From Callorhinchus milii (Eukaryota), in NCBI RefSeq assembly GCF_018977255.1, contig NW_024704742.1:18292001-18356000 (forward strand): a stretch of DNA of 64,000 bases, given 5' to 3'. This document shows, piece after piece, positions 50,568-64,000 of the stretch. The position numbers and the translations under genes are program-made. The notes below the pieces were generated by a model. It had not been told where the DNA came from, searched no databases, and saw only the letters and a list, made by a program, of their open reading frames with translations. Positions within the stretch are counted from its first letter, which is position 1. Each line of letters starts with the position of its first letter.

Positions 50568-52039
50568 AAGGATCTCCCCTTATTCCCCTATGGGGAGGGG
50601 TGGCTGTAGGAGGAGAAAGGCACTTGCAAAACATTTATATAACCTTTCATATAGGGAGATACAATAATAATAATAATAATACCTGAGCAAAGTGGGAGAT
50701 GGAGGAGGGGAGGAATAGGAGAGGAAAGGGGCTGTGAAACATTCCACCTCCAAACTCTTGTGGGTCCAAATTCCACACATCTTAGCCTGTAAGATGATTC
50801 TGTCTTAAAATTTAAGAGCAATGTAAAAAATTCTTAAATTTCAACTTAAAAAGAAATGCATTCCAAGTTCTGAAGTTACAAGTCTGCGTAATGTTAAATT
50901 TATTGCAACAGCTGTATTACAAGTTGAAAAATCTTTCATTAAGTCCCAAAGGCTTCCCTGATTTGTTAAACACATCATTTAAGATTAAAGTATTTCTGAA
51001 AGTTCTTGCTAAAATTCTAAATGTAGGCATTTTTGGGGTCAGCTGGGTGTCTGATCACATGTGGAAACCCATCACCCTAGGGTATCCAAACCAAACTGAG
51101 AGTTCCATGCATCCCACCTACACATGGAGAGTCTAGAGATATTGCCAAACATGCTAGCTCAGCAAACATGCCTCTTATCTCTGCCTCATCCCTCCTCCCC
51201 CCGCGGAGAATAGTCACTAGTTAATCATGTGACATCCCACGAGCAGACGAAAAGCCATTCATGTGCACCAAGATATGGGAGCCACACCTTGCCTCTGTGA
51301 ACTAAAAACAACAACTTGAACTACTTATAACCTATCACAGAGGAAAATGTCTCTAAGTGCTTCTCAGAGACAGAAATAGAACCGAAGCAGGGTGGGATAT
51401 ATGTAGAGATATAAGAAACAAGTCATAAAACATTCCACTTGTCAAGTGGAATCAGTATCATTTCATTGACAGGATGCTAAGTAATCCTGCAGACATAACC
51501 CAAACCTCCCTCTTTTTAGCCTCTTGGACCCATCCTCTCACTGACAACATGCCCCAGTCGCACTGAACTTTAGTACGAATCTAATGTAAAATTGGCATTG
51601 AATCAATGTTAAAAATACAGTATAAAAACAGTTCTGGGTGGGCAATTTTCTTATGATCATTGCAGAACAGAATTATTACAAATGTATGTTACTTCTGTGT
51701 AGGAATTTCTTATTACTTTTGAAACCTATCCAAAAAGCTCTGATTCATTGTGGAGCATTTGGTTATGTAAATAGCATTGCTGGTGATATGGAGTAAACAT
51801 GCTTCCATGATTAATGACAGCAATGACCGGTCTTGCTGTTTTAATGACATATCCCTGGGTTATTTATCATTTTAAAGTGAAATATTTTCCTCACAATAGG
51901 TTTGCAGAATGTTTCTGGAAGGAATTCCCTTCTTAGAATCCACCTGAAGCAGTTAATAGCACTGTCAGCAATGCTAACAACGTCTATAAAGTGAAACAGC
52001 GGGAATCCATGTTACGACCGTGAGTGTTCACTATATACA

Positions 52040-52760
52040 TAAATGATTAGGTTTCAGGTATTGGTGGTGGGGTTTCAAAATTTGCAGGTGACACCAAATT
52101 GGGAGGGACATGGTAAACAGTGAAGGGGATTGCAGAAGAATGCAGGAAGACACATATAGGCTACCAGAATGGGAAGACAGAAACACAAAATATACAGTCA
52201 ATGCACTTTAGAGTATATTCTGTGAAGTGCTTTGAGACATCTCAAGGATGTGATAAAGCTCTATATCAAATGCAAGGATTAACATTATTATATTACTATT
52301 TCTGGTATAAAAGGATATAACAGCAATAGAAACAAAACAGCTCAGTTTTATAAGGATGATACCACAGTTGGGTCTTTTTTTTCTGGAGACATTTAAGTTG
52401 GTACCTTAAAATTATAAAAGAATTTGACAAAATTAATATAAATAGGCGGGTTTCCACTCGTTTCAGCGTCCGTTACCAGGACACAAGTATATGATAGTGA
52501 CTGGAGGATCAAAATGAGAATTTAAGATGAATTACTTCATACATTGGGTTGTGAGATTGTGGAACTCGCTGTCTCTAGCGCTGGTTGAATCAGTTAGTAC
52601 AGAGTATTCAAGAAAAGCTGGACCTTCAACTGAAGTAGAGGGAACTAGAAGAGTTTAGGAGAGAGTAAAGGAATGGGTGTTGACTCGTGTAGAGTGTAAA
52701 TTCCAGTATGGACTGGTTGAGCCGAGTGGCCTGTTCCTGTGCTGTGTATTCTTTGTAAAT
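52040..52760 (+). mobile_element. Degraded CR1 fragments interrupted by a SINE 3' part (~52185-52290)
   Basis: YIND/SKFA.DTKLG-like segment at 52035-52105; CR1 3'UTR at ~52700-52760. Confidence 0.7.
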
Positions 52761-53125
52761 CATGACTATGGACATTCCAATTTAACACGACTTTGTCAGG
52801 TGTAAACCGTTTTTTATGCAAGTGTTCCACGCTGGCACATACCATAGTTTAACAAACCACAGATTCTTTGCTTCAGAATGTTTTCTGCTGCATGCTAACA
52901 CATTAAAGTTACAAAATGTTGATATTTACAGATCTATAGTGAGAATAAAATGTCAACGTACCAATAATTATCATTACAGCTGCTGAAGTTAAGCTGTCTA
53001 CTACATTAAAGACTTTGCACTCTCTGAACAGTATGACAAAAAGTATTTTGAAGGGGGTGGGTAACTGGCATTGAAGGGATTGCTCCTTGAAAGAGACAGC
53101 TTAGAGACTATGGAATGAATAGCCT

Positions 53126-53220
53126 TCACTTTACAGTGTGTTCTGTGAAGCGCTTTGGGACGTCCTTCCGACGTGAAAAGCGCTATATCAAATGCAAGGA
53201 TTATTATTATTATTATTATT
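53126..53220 (+). mobile_element. SINE 3' fragment inserted in a CR1 3'UTR
   Basis: Flanks gaatagcct...ctgtgctgtggagttctatggttctat rejoin into a CR1 tail. Confidence 0.8.
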
Positions 53221-53486
53221 CTGTGCTGTGGAGTTCTATGGTTCTATCGTAGAACACTGTAATTTATATATAAGGCTTAGGTATGAATCCAGACAGACTA
53301 ATGGACCAGACAATTTTGCTATCTGATGGCTGTTTTAAATCAACACCAAAGTTTCTGATTGAGTGAAAGTGTAGAGAACACACTTAATTTCCATCTTAAT
53401 TTGGAAGATGATTTTCTGCACTACTGAGAAAGTATTGTAGAAAATCAGCTTTCAAAACTGAATCTGATTTTAAAGCTGTTTTCCAA

Positions 53487-54122
53487 AAACAACAACAACA
53501 AAACTTGGATTTATATAGCGCCCTCCACGCCGGACGGCGTCTCAGAGAGCTTTACAGTAATGGATCCCGGGACCGAGCCAGGGGGAGGGGGAGGAAGGTG
53601 ACCAAAAGCACATACACAACCAAAGGCGCGGTCAAAAAGAAAGATCTTTAGCAAAGACTTGAAAATGGGAAGGGAGGGAGCGAGATGAAGGGAGTGAGGA
53701 AGGCAGTTCCAGAGCCTCAGGGCATAGTGGCTGAGGTACAGCCATTGAGGGTGGAGCGGAGGGCTCGGGGGACGAAAAGGAGGCCAGACCCGGAAGAACA
53801 AAGGCAATGGGTACTGTTTTGAGGAGAGAGGAGGTCAGAGAGGTAGGGGGNTGCAGATGAGTGCAGGGACTCGAATACGAGGGTGAGGATCTTGAAGTCG
53901 ATCCTCTCTGGGATAGGCAGCCAGTGCAGTCTGGCAAGGACTGGGGTGATTGGGGAGTGGAGTTTCGTCGGGTGAGAATGCAGGCGGCAGAGTTTTGAAT
54001 GATTTGGATTTTATGGATGATATGGATGGGAGACCGGCGAGGAGGGCGTTAGAGTAGTCCAGCCGAGAGGTGACAAAGGCATGGGCCGGGGTTTCAGTGA
54101 CGAAGACATGGACCAGGGTTTC
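53487..54122 (-). mobile_element. L2 3' fragment
   Basis: SRLDYSNALL-like and LHWLPI-like segments; tail gagacgccgtccggcgtggagggcgc...(GTT)n. Confidence 0.9.
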
Positions 54123-54779
54123 AAAAACCCGCAGAACAAAAAATTATTAAAAACAAATAATAATAATTTGGTCACTCAATCCTCACCTCTTTGTGTGCAA
54201 TTGGCTGTCGCGTTTCACCCACAAAATATACAGTAAATTCATTTTACAGTATATTCTGTGAAGCACTTTGAGACGTCTCGAAAATGTGATAAGGCACTAT
54301 ATCAAATGCAAGGATTATTATAAAAAGGGAAGGGTGTTGCTCCGATATCTCCTAAATAAAATTGATCATTAATTTCATAGCTGCTTGTGGAACTTTGGTG
54401 TATGCCAATGAACTGCCACATTCACCTACATAAATACACACTCACTGCACTTCACAATACATCCTTATATGCTTGGTGACAGCCTCCTGGGGTAAAAGTC
54501 ATTACACGAACTGCATGGATTATTTTTATTAAAAATGAAAAAGGTTCTTTAATTAAAATCCAAATGTAGTTTTGATGGAATGATAATTTATTAATTTTGC
54601 ATGTATCTGATTTGCACAAGTGAAATGAATCAGAGCAAATAGTTCATTACAAAAAAATATAATTATGCCTATCTACCCTATTCAGCACTGTAGAGCAAAA
54701 CTAGAATAGTCTCTCTCTCTCTCTGGATCAACATTTGTTAGTATCAAGAATAAATATTTAGCTAAATTTAACACCCCAA

Positions 54780-55012
54780 ATAACCTCTACTCTTAGCCTG
54801 TGAAGGCAAGTTTGTTTTAATATTTAAATTGGCATATAATTGTGATAAATTCTTCAATTTCAGTTTCAATTTAGAAGCCATTTATTTGGAAAAACCACAG
54901 TAAACCAACTTCCAAATTAAGATTTAATTTAAGAATTTTCACAGTTCCGTTCAATCTTATATTTTAAGACAAAATGATCTCACAGGGTAAGGCTGGGTAG
55001 AATTTCAGACCT
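54780..55012. mobile_element. Palindromic MITE-like element; related copies at ~21608-21840, ~50762-50850 and ~53330-53490
   Basis: Imperfect whole-element inverted symmetry (tcttagcctgtga...tcacagggtaagg; aatttagaag...cttccaaatt). Confidence 0.6.
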
Positions 55013-56579
55013 CCGATGCTAAAGAGAATTTATACTTTGATCTCTTTTCATTGAGAAAAATGGATAAACCAAAATATCACACTTTAATGGTAGATTTGAA
55101 GGGGTATGGGGGAAAGACCAGGTAACTGGGATTGAATGGATTGCTTTTTAAAAGAGCCAGCATAGAGTTGATGGAACAAATAGCCATAGCTATTTGTTCA
55201 ATTAATTTGCATCTTGGAGAGCTCCAACATCATCATATATTGTTTTGCCACACTGCAAATCCAATTATCTATTGATTTCTCAAATAAGGTTGGTCGCTCA
55301 CTTCATGACTGTTTCTGGGACATTGTTGTGTGCAAATTGCTGCCATTCTTACCTATAAAAGATACAGTCACTACACTTCACAGTAAAATGCTGTGATGGT
55401 CTTTAAAATGTCTTGATACATGAAAAGGTGCTACATGAAATGCAAGGATTATCATAGTGGGACAATATCCTGCAAGTGTATTTGTTTCCAAGTACCATTC
55501 ATGTGTTAATCTGGACAGTAAGTCGACAGACTACTCAACCATGGAATAACACAACCAGCTGATCCTGATGCTGCTCTCATCTGACATACAGTACATCCTG
55601 TGAAGCTCTTTGAGGTGTTTTGTCGACATGATAAGGTGCCATATCAAATACATTATTTTTTATATGCACTCATTGTAAATCTCATAAATATCAATCAATG
55701 GATAATAATTAGGAAGGGAACTCTGTTGGTTTATCCCCCCTGTCCTGTGGGCAATAATTGGTGTCCCAACCACCTCCATGTTTCATATCGATATGGCTCA
55801 GCACAGACCAGGAAGTTTGAACTGTATGGTTCAGGCACACACCCAGGAGTGCAATCATCCAATAAATCATCCAAAGAGTCATCGCATGCAATTATTCATT
55901 GTCATTCCATAATTTGATGCAGAATTGTAAGTAAAAGACCATTCGGCCAATGATGTTGTCTTTTCAATGGGTACTTAATTTTCACTGTCAAGGCAGGGAT
56001 TTTTCCTACAAACCAAAAGTCTTGAGTAATCAGGGAGCAGTTTTCTAAACCATAGAACTCTTTCTCTGTGTCAGGATGCAATGAGCCCAAACCTCAAGGT
56101 GTCAATCTAACATCACAATCTTATAACAGAGCACAGCTAATTTAAGAGGCAAGTGATAGTTAGACTTGTGGTGAAGACTGCAGGGGGTTATATATAAATG
56201 GACTTGGCTTCGGAAATGATCAGGAAGCAGAAATGTTGAATTCACAACTAGGAAGTGCAAACTTGTTATCTATCCAATTGTCACTGATGACAAATTGACA
56301 AAAATAATTAATGATAACAGAAAGACAAACCCTTGAGCAATAACATCACATCTTTGATGTGAAAGAAGGATGATCAATCCCTGAAGTTAAAACTGGCAAA
56401 AGTACTGATCTGGGGACTGTGGGTTACAAAACAAATATATAGCTTCAACTCTCAGATTCCACATCTAATGTAATCCTACATGCAGTGAAGGTTATTCACT
56501 GGAGAAATGCAAGGGTATTAATATGTAAAGTATACTACAGTGATGTAGTCTGACCTGTAACTATTAATAATAATAAGCA

Positions 56580-57005
56580 GATAATAATTCTGGCTTTGAA
56601 TTTAGCACCCTCCATGTCGGGAGGATGTCACAAAGTGCTTTGTAGTATATGCTGCAAAGTGTAGTGACTGTGTATTTTGTAGGCTAACACAATAACACTT
56701 TGGCACAGCAATATTCCACAAACAGCCATGGAGTAAATGATCAATTTTATTTGGGGGATTGTTTGTCAGAAAACCGGGGAAAAGTCCCTTCAATTTTTGA
56801 ATAGTTACGTAAGATCTGTAATGTCCACCTGAACAAGATCTTAGTTTAACATGGCATCAAAGGAAAAGCACCTCTAACAATGCAGCACACCCACAGCACT
56901 GTATTGGACTGTGAGCCTGGACTAAATGAGTTTAAAGTCCTAACGTGGGGCTTGAACCAACAACCGTCATTCAGAGTCAAAGGTTCTACCAACTGAGGCA
57001 GGTTG
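56580..57005 (-). mobile_element. Older DeuSINE
   Basis: Reverse complement of the same family. Confidence 0.75.
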
Positions 57006-57076
57006 ACACACAGACTTTGAAATGCACTAAGCAAGCAATGATAATTCTCTAAGCAAACTTCGGATAATTCATACAA

Positions 57077-57795
57077 TCATAGAATTATACAGCACAGAAG
57101 GAGGCCATTTGACCCATTGTGTCTGTGCCGGCTCTTTGAAAAGAGCTATCCAAATCAATCCCACTCTCTGCTCTCTCCCCATAGTCCTGCAAACTTGTCC
57201 TCCCCAAATAATTATTTACTTCTCTCTTAAAAGTTGTTATTGAATCAGCTTCCACCACCCTTTCAGCACTGTATTCCAGATCCGAACAACTCGCTGTGTG
57301 AAAAAAAATTCTCCTCACCTCTGTTTCTTTTAACAACTATTTTAAATCGGTGTCCTTGGGTTACCAACCCACCTGTCAATGGAAATAGTTTCTCCTTATT
57401 CACCCTATCAAATCCCCTCATAATTTTTAAAACTTCTATTAAGTCTCCTCTTAACCTTTTCTGCTCCAAAGAGAATAATCCTGGCTTCTCCAGCCTCTCC
57501 TGATAACTGAAGTCCCTCATTCCTGGTATCATCCTGGTAAATCTGCTTTGCACCCTCTCCAATGCCTTGACATCCTCCCTAAAGTGTGGTGCCCAGAACT
57601 GAACACAGTCTCTAGCTGAGGCCTAACCAGTGTTTTATAAAGGTTCATCATAACTTCATGACTTTTGTATTCTATGTCCCTACTTATAAAGCCTAGTATC
57701 CTGTATGCTTTTTTAACAGCTTTATCTACCTGTCCTGTCACCTTCAAAGATTTACTTGTATGAACCCCCAGATCTTTCTGTTCCTTCACCCCCAT
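57077..57795 (-). mobile_element. CR1 3' fragment
   Basis: NLYKTLVRPQLE, ERVQSRFTRMIPG and LRGDLIEV motifs, plus the CR1 3'UTR and tail. Confidence 0.93.
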
Positions 57796-60700
57796 TATCA
57801 ATTGTGCACATGTACCAACATACGCACAAACCATCATTTGGCTTCTACTATATATATAGTGCACAATGTTTTTTTTAATCTCCTTTTATAGCCATGGTTT
57901 GGAGCAGACAGATTCAGCCACAAAGATAAGACAGTCATCATTTTAGCAATTATATTCAAAGTAACACATTTAATTTCTACACTAAGCATCTAATGAGTTC
58001 TGGCCCAATTCCACTTTTGCTTGTTTGTTTTAAAACAGCAATATTCAAAATAAACAAGCTACTCCATCCAGTGCTTGTGCCTGAAGGAGCAAAGTAGCTC
58101 AAAAAGCCTCAGGATCAAAAACTCATCTTGATTCAAGCAGACACATCTCTTTTCATCCTCTCAGTGCACAAATATCTTTCACCAGTGCTTGGGGAGACAA
58201 ATTTCAAATGTGTGCAATACTAGACTATGCAACACACCCAGCAAAATAAGACTACATCGAGAAATACCATTCACTCTTCAAAACGGTAAACATTATATGT
58301 CAATTCTTAAAATATATAGGGGCATAAATTGTGATGTATTAATTGTAACTGGTGTTAGCTTATCTGTTCATTATCACGGGTGAAAATGAACACATCATAT
58401 GTTGCAGTTTTCTGTTATTTCAGTTACACCCTGTTATTTCATTTACAGAAATTTCCGTGCGTAGGTGGGATGCATGAAACTCTCAGTCTGGTTTGGATTT
58501 GTTTAAGCATGGTGATGGGTTTCAGTATGCTGACCAAAAATATTGTTTGAGGGTATTTAGTATGTGAAATCCAACACTGAAATGTTACATTTAATAACAG
58601 CTGCAAAATCTGTGCAGCATGAATTCATAAGAAATCTTTACAGTTGGAAATCTGGTTATTGGCTCAAACACTATCTGTCACGTTCAGAATGGAAAATGCA
58701 TATTTCACTGCAGCCATTCAATTTACTCCACCGCAGGATCCCTGTGAATACTGTCTTAGTTACACACAATGTTTTTTTTATTGCATTAAGGATACACATT
58801 GGCCTTTAATGCCATTTTAAAATACTTGAGCAGTGCACATCGTATTAGATTGCATTGCTGAAGGATTGTTTTGTGTTGTGTGGAAACATTCAATACATAG
58901 CATTTCCCAATCACCAAATTGTTCTGATTTAGATTTCCCAAACCTTTATGATTGGTCTATTATCTTTTCTTTTAAATTATTCTTTATGCTTGAAACCAGG
59001 ATATTAAATTCCATTAACAACTAACTTGATGGATTGATGGAAATCTGGTTGGACGAGGTTGATATCTGGTTGGATGAGATAAGTAAATAAATAATAAATA
59101 AATCCTTGCATTTGATATAACATCTTTCATTTCGGGAAAAGAGATCAAATGGATCGAATGATCTTCTCCATTTAAGCTTGCTTATCTACCATGTGAGAAG
59201 GTGATAAATTGATGCAAGGCTTATTATTTATTATTATCTCTGTTAATTACTTCTTGGCTCCTTCCCATCACAGAACATATTCCATTCCTTCCCTCTCCCC
59301 ACTGCCTTCTGCTTTATCTTTAAAAGTACAGAATTTATGGTGTTCCATTGAGTCAATCTCAGTTGTGCACCTATCCTTAAATACTCCAGTAGTGTCCCTA
59401 ACTTGCTATACTTATCAAGTTCTTTCTTGAAGAAATTATTGACACAAACTACAAATTGGGGTCTATGTATTGCTGATCGCTGTTGTTGGGAATCTGTTCC
59501 ACGTATTCAATACTCTGTTCGAAGTGGGAGAAAGGAATCTTATCCTAAGTCTTATTTGACTTTGTTTTTTAATTCAAATCGATTCTCACAAGAACTATGC
59601 TCCTAATTGCTTCCAATAGCTCCTGTGTATGAGTATCAGGTGAGAATGATAATTTATTATGTCCTTCATGAGTAAGTAATCCATTTGGTACTCATTGGTG
59701 GATATGTTACAGCAATCGCGAAGTATAGCAATCTTTCACTAAAACCTTATGATGGGATTTCTCATCACAAAATTAGAAGTGATTCAATCATTTTGTTTAC
59801 CAATCATCATTAACTAAATCCAGGAAGGCAGATAGGACCTTGATTTAATGTCTTTTGATTTAAATCTTAATTTGGAAGATACCTAACTTTCAGTTGGGTC
59901 TCTGGTCAGTGATCATGATATCTCTGATATTCCTCTCTTACCCAGGGGCACTGTCAATTAGCTAAAACTGTGCAGCCTACTATTAAAGAACATTGGTAAG
60001 ATTCCAGCTTGGATACCGTACCCCACTAGGGGTTTGGCTTCCTGGGTTAACAAGAGCCAAGCGGAAAGAATCCCAGCCAGCAGTCTGTTGTTGCACCTTT
60101 AACTGTTGGCTGAGCTAATAGTTAACCCAACACAAACCAGGATTACAACCCTAAAGCATACAATCTAAATTGTCCAATGCCGAGTCCTACAATCACTTGG
60201 GGTTCTCTACTTTTGGATTTGAACCATTTTGTGAGGTCACATGTTCTGGATGTCAGAATGAGATTGGGCATGAGAGTACAAATATTCTTTGTGCAGTTGT
60301 CTACTTGAAAAGGCAGACCCTTTACAGAGCGTTCTGGAATACCAACACATTTCTGATGAGAGGCTTGAGTTTTAAGCTCGTCCAGCTTATCTCGCTCACT
60401 CTCCTTCACATTCTCTTTCCTCCTCTGCCAAAAGAACTGACTCATCCTGGTGTATGCCGCCTTCCATTACCTATCAAAGTGTCAATTCTTCATTTGTGAG
60501 TTGATGTTGGCCAACTATTATCAGACAGATATATTGTTTCTGTTTACGTTATGTTTCATACTTCATATGCAGTGCCATGTACAGTTTCTAGGTTTCTTAT
60601 TTTTTAATATTCGGGTGGCTATGCTCCTTGGGGTTTGGAAAGTGGGGTTTCTGTGGGCTGAGTTGCTCCAAGCAAATGCAACAAGCAATGGATTATAGGA

Positions 60701-61039
60701 ATCAAGTCAATCCTTCGTGCAGGTCTTGATAATCTAATGCCTGATACCAATACTTCAAGGGCAGTGTTGCTAGTGACAGGACTTTGAGGACTGGACCAAT
60801 TACTGCTGGCTGCGATTCTTTCCGCTTGGCTCTTGTTAACCCAGGAAGCCAAAGCCCCAATGGGTAGGGTATCCTGCACAGTTTTAGCTAATTAACCCAG
60901 CAATAATTCTAATGCATACTATGGGGTATCCAAGACTTGGCTCTTGCCAACCTACACTTAAATTCCCTTGAATTTAAGTGTAGGTTAGGTAACCTAGGTG
61001 CATCCCTCTGAGGAGAAACTTCATACCCCATACCAGCAA

Positions 61040-61606
61040 AAACAACTTGCATTAATATAGCACCCTTCACATGGGGTAGTGTACCGGAGTGCTTGACAGT
61101 GGTGGAGTCTGACCCTGAGTCAGGGGGAGAGGGAGGGGCGAGGTGACCGTAAGCACGATCAAAAAGGAAGATCTTTAGATGGGATTTGAAAGTGAGGAGG
61201 GAAGGGGCAAGGTGGAGGGTTTGAGGGATGGAGTTACGGAGCACGGCCACAGATGGTGGATCAGAGGAGATGAGGGACAAACAGGAGGCCAGAGCCAACA
61301 GAGCGGAGGCAGGGGGTGGTGGAGTGGAGAGTAAGCAGCTCGGATAGGTAGGGAAATGTGAGGGCACGAAAGGATTTGTAAACAAGTGAGAGGATCTTAA
61401 AACTGATCCATTGGGTAATTTGGAGCCAGTGGAGCTTGGCAAGGACTAGTGTGATGGTGGGATGGTGTTTTGTACGAGTGAGTATCCGGGCAGCAGAGTT
61501 CAGGATTATTTGAACTTTGTGAACGGTGGAGCTGGGGAGACCAGCGCGGCGGAGGGCATTGGAATAATCTATATGGGAAGTGACAAAGACGTGGACGAGG
61601 GTTTCT
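61040..61606 (-). mobile_element. L2 3' fragment
   Basis: Colinear with the L2 at 53487-54122. Confidence 0.85.
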
Positions 61607-61644
61607 CTGCATTGGTTGTGGTTCCATAGAAGGAGGTGGGCCAG

Positions 61645-62065
61645 ACATGCCTGGCTCAGTTAGTAACACTCTCATCTACGATTCAGAAAATTCTGGGTAT
61701 AGGCTCCATCTTAGGACTTTGAATTTATAATCGAGGATGACACTCTAAAACAATGTGAAGGGGAGGGGAGAGGGGTACAGCAACGTTGGAGGTACTTGGC
61801 TTAAGGTGAGATGTTCAAATTTGGTATCTTCTGCTTGCACGGTGCCCATTAAGTATCCCATGGTTCTATTCGAAAAGTGATGGGAGTTTATCCCAGTGTC
61901 CTAACCAACAATTCCCCAAATAAAATTGTTCATTCACTTCATGACTGTTTGTATTGCTGTGTGCGAATTGAATGCTGCAAATGCCTACGCAAAATTACAT
62001 AGACCCTACATTTTTACTAAATGAAGCACTTTGAGAAGCCTCTCAACATGAAAGGATTATTATTA
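61645..62065 (+). mobile_element. Older DeuSINE
   Basis: cctggctcagttagtaacactctc head; Deu segments. Confidence 0.72.
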
Positions 62066-64000
62066 TGACAATAATAAACAGGTATTCATTTCAGTTACCA
62101 GAATTGCATCACACCAACCTATAGGAACACCAGTATTGCAAAATCTATTTCCCGAGTACAGTTCTCATGGGTTGTTGGGAATTTTAACAGGATTCCTTAT
62201 TAAGGAAGGAATCCATTACTACACTAATTCCTTATTAAGGAAGGAATCCTGTTGAAAAAATACCTCCAATTTAAACGCTTAAAATGAAAGGATTTCAGTA
62301 ACATAAACTGGAAGGAGAGGGAAGAAATAAACCACCCAAGAACACAGTCCTCTGGCAGCTGTACTCTACACATGTCCCTTATCACTGTCATTTATTTTGG
62401 TAACATTGCTGATGTTATTGGGGAACATGTTAATAGTCCGCAGGGAACTTATTTTCTTCCATTCTTCACAAAGTGCTGCTTTTCATTTTTTTTCAGTTGA
62501 CCGTCAAAATAATTCTTTGGGGATTCCATTTTTCGTTTCATTGTGGACTATTTTCTATATTTGCGAGCCCTGAGCTGTCATTCATTTGTGCAGAATCAAA
62601 TAAAATGCTTTTTTGGAGAGTTTCTGCAATCTGTGATGATTAAATGCACATACGTAGACCAGAACTAGAAACCTGAATAAGAAAATGTGTAATTATCTTG
62701 TATTCAGATTGCATTTGTCTAGCTCTGGGAGATATTTTTAGGAAAACGGTTCTATTCTGAGTATCGCTCAATTTTAAGCCCATCAGCTGCTTGATTTATC
62801 TGCGTATTGCCTCTAGCCAATGTGCAGCATAGTTATTTGTAGTTTTTCTGCTTCAGTTCCTAAGCAATGCTGACAGGCAGGAAGCTAAGTAATGACTGAC
62901 AACAAAGTGCTGACATTTTATAAAATGAGATTATAATAATAAAACTTGCATTTGATAAAGCAATTTATCACATCTTCAAGATGTCTCAAAGTGCTTCACA
63001 GAATATACTGTATATTTGAACTGACTGTATATTTTGTGGGTGAGATGATTTGGTTGAAAAGTAGCTATTTCTTGACATGAAATTGCACTTTGATGTACAG
63101 ACAAAATATTTTCACCAGAAAATGTAAGACACTCATTGATGGTGATCTTAAGGATAAACATTATTACATGGACTTGCTCACCACAGTGTAACCCTCCAAG
63201 AAGCAGAATGCATCAGCCAAAGTAGCATCAGATGATTGGTGTTAAGTTGATCTCCATCTGACTTTCTTAATTCGTGAATGGTGACATCCTGGTACAGTAA
63301 ACAGGACTGGTAGATATTTAGAGGGTGAGCAGGAACACAGCACACTATGATAACTAGACCACGTGATATTTATTTTTAAATGTATTGATGTCCTACATGT
63401 ATTTGACCTCAAGTTGCAGAGTGATGATAAGTGTATCTTGACTCTGAGACATGGGATTATTTTCTTTTTCCTGAACGCTCTTGACTGTGAATGGGTGTTG
63501 AAGGGGCAACTTCTCTCTACTCTAACGTGCCTGTCTACTGCTGATTTTATATTGATTAAGTGGCGGCATTGAAACTATTTTATTGTTAGAAATCCTGGGT
63601 TTGGCGATTTTTGTTTCAAGTGTTTGGAGAATTTATTATAGCCTTAGAATATCAGTATAATAATATATTTTTATTATATATTATTATGTTAAGAATGTTC
63701 CCTTAGCCTATGTTTCACAAGTAGGAATATAATGGCCACTATTTATCTATAATTTTTGGTACCTAAGTCAGGAATGCCTTTTTAAATAGTTTTACACAGT
63801 AAAGATCAATCGGTCATGTGTCCACAGTGGGTGTTTGTTTTGCTTATTTACTCCGTGTGAGGATAGTGGAGCAAAGTTAATTACGCAGATCAAGTGGTTA
63901 ATTTCTAGTTGTTAGGGCAGCAGTTGCCATTAATTAGCACTGAAGTCAGAAAGAATGTCTTATTTGTCTTGGAAGAAAAGTTTTGTGTCATTAAAAAGTG

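Noticed and set aside
12400..64000. Exons of the expected syntenic neighbour GUCY1A1 or other genes
   Set aside because: No recognisable peptide. The short ORFs are repeat-derived, antisense to LINE ORFs, or consistent with chance. Non-coding exons cannot be excluded

Overview
AT-rich vertebrate genomic DNA, most likely from a cartilaginous fish and possibly a holocephalan. This is inferred from the repeat complement: CR1 and L2 LINEs, a Deu-domain SINE resembling SacSINE1/AmnSINE, an abundant tRNA-Ala-headed SINE with an L2 tail, and Penelope-like terminal fragments. The only host gene I can support is the 5' part of MAP9 (ASAP) on the minus strand. It has three coding exons (7754-7837, 5142-5256, 3761-4063) with canonical, phase-compatible splice sites. 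A probable non-coding exon 1/promoter lies at about 9756-9900, wedged between a minisatellite and a 2.3-kb complex microsatellite, and carries X-box (RFX) and CTCF-like motifs. The remaining ~52 kb appears to be intergenic and dense in decayed and nested retroposons. I found no convincing novel protein-coding system. The most interesting signals are covarying 3' stem-loops and tail exchange between SINE and L2, reciprocal nested insertions at matching trinucleotides, several templated fold-back insertions, a long inverted-repeat element, and two repeat families I cannot name. All repeat boundaries are by eye and approximate.
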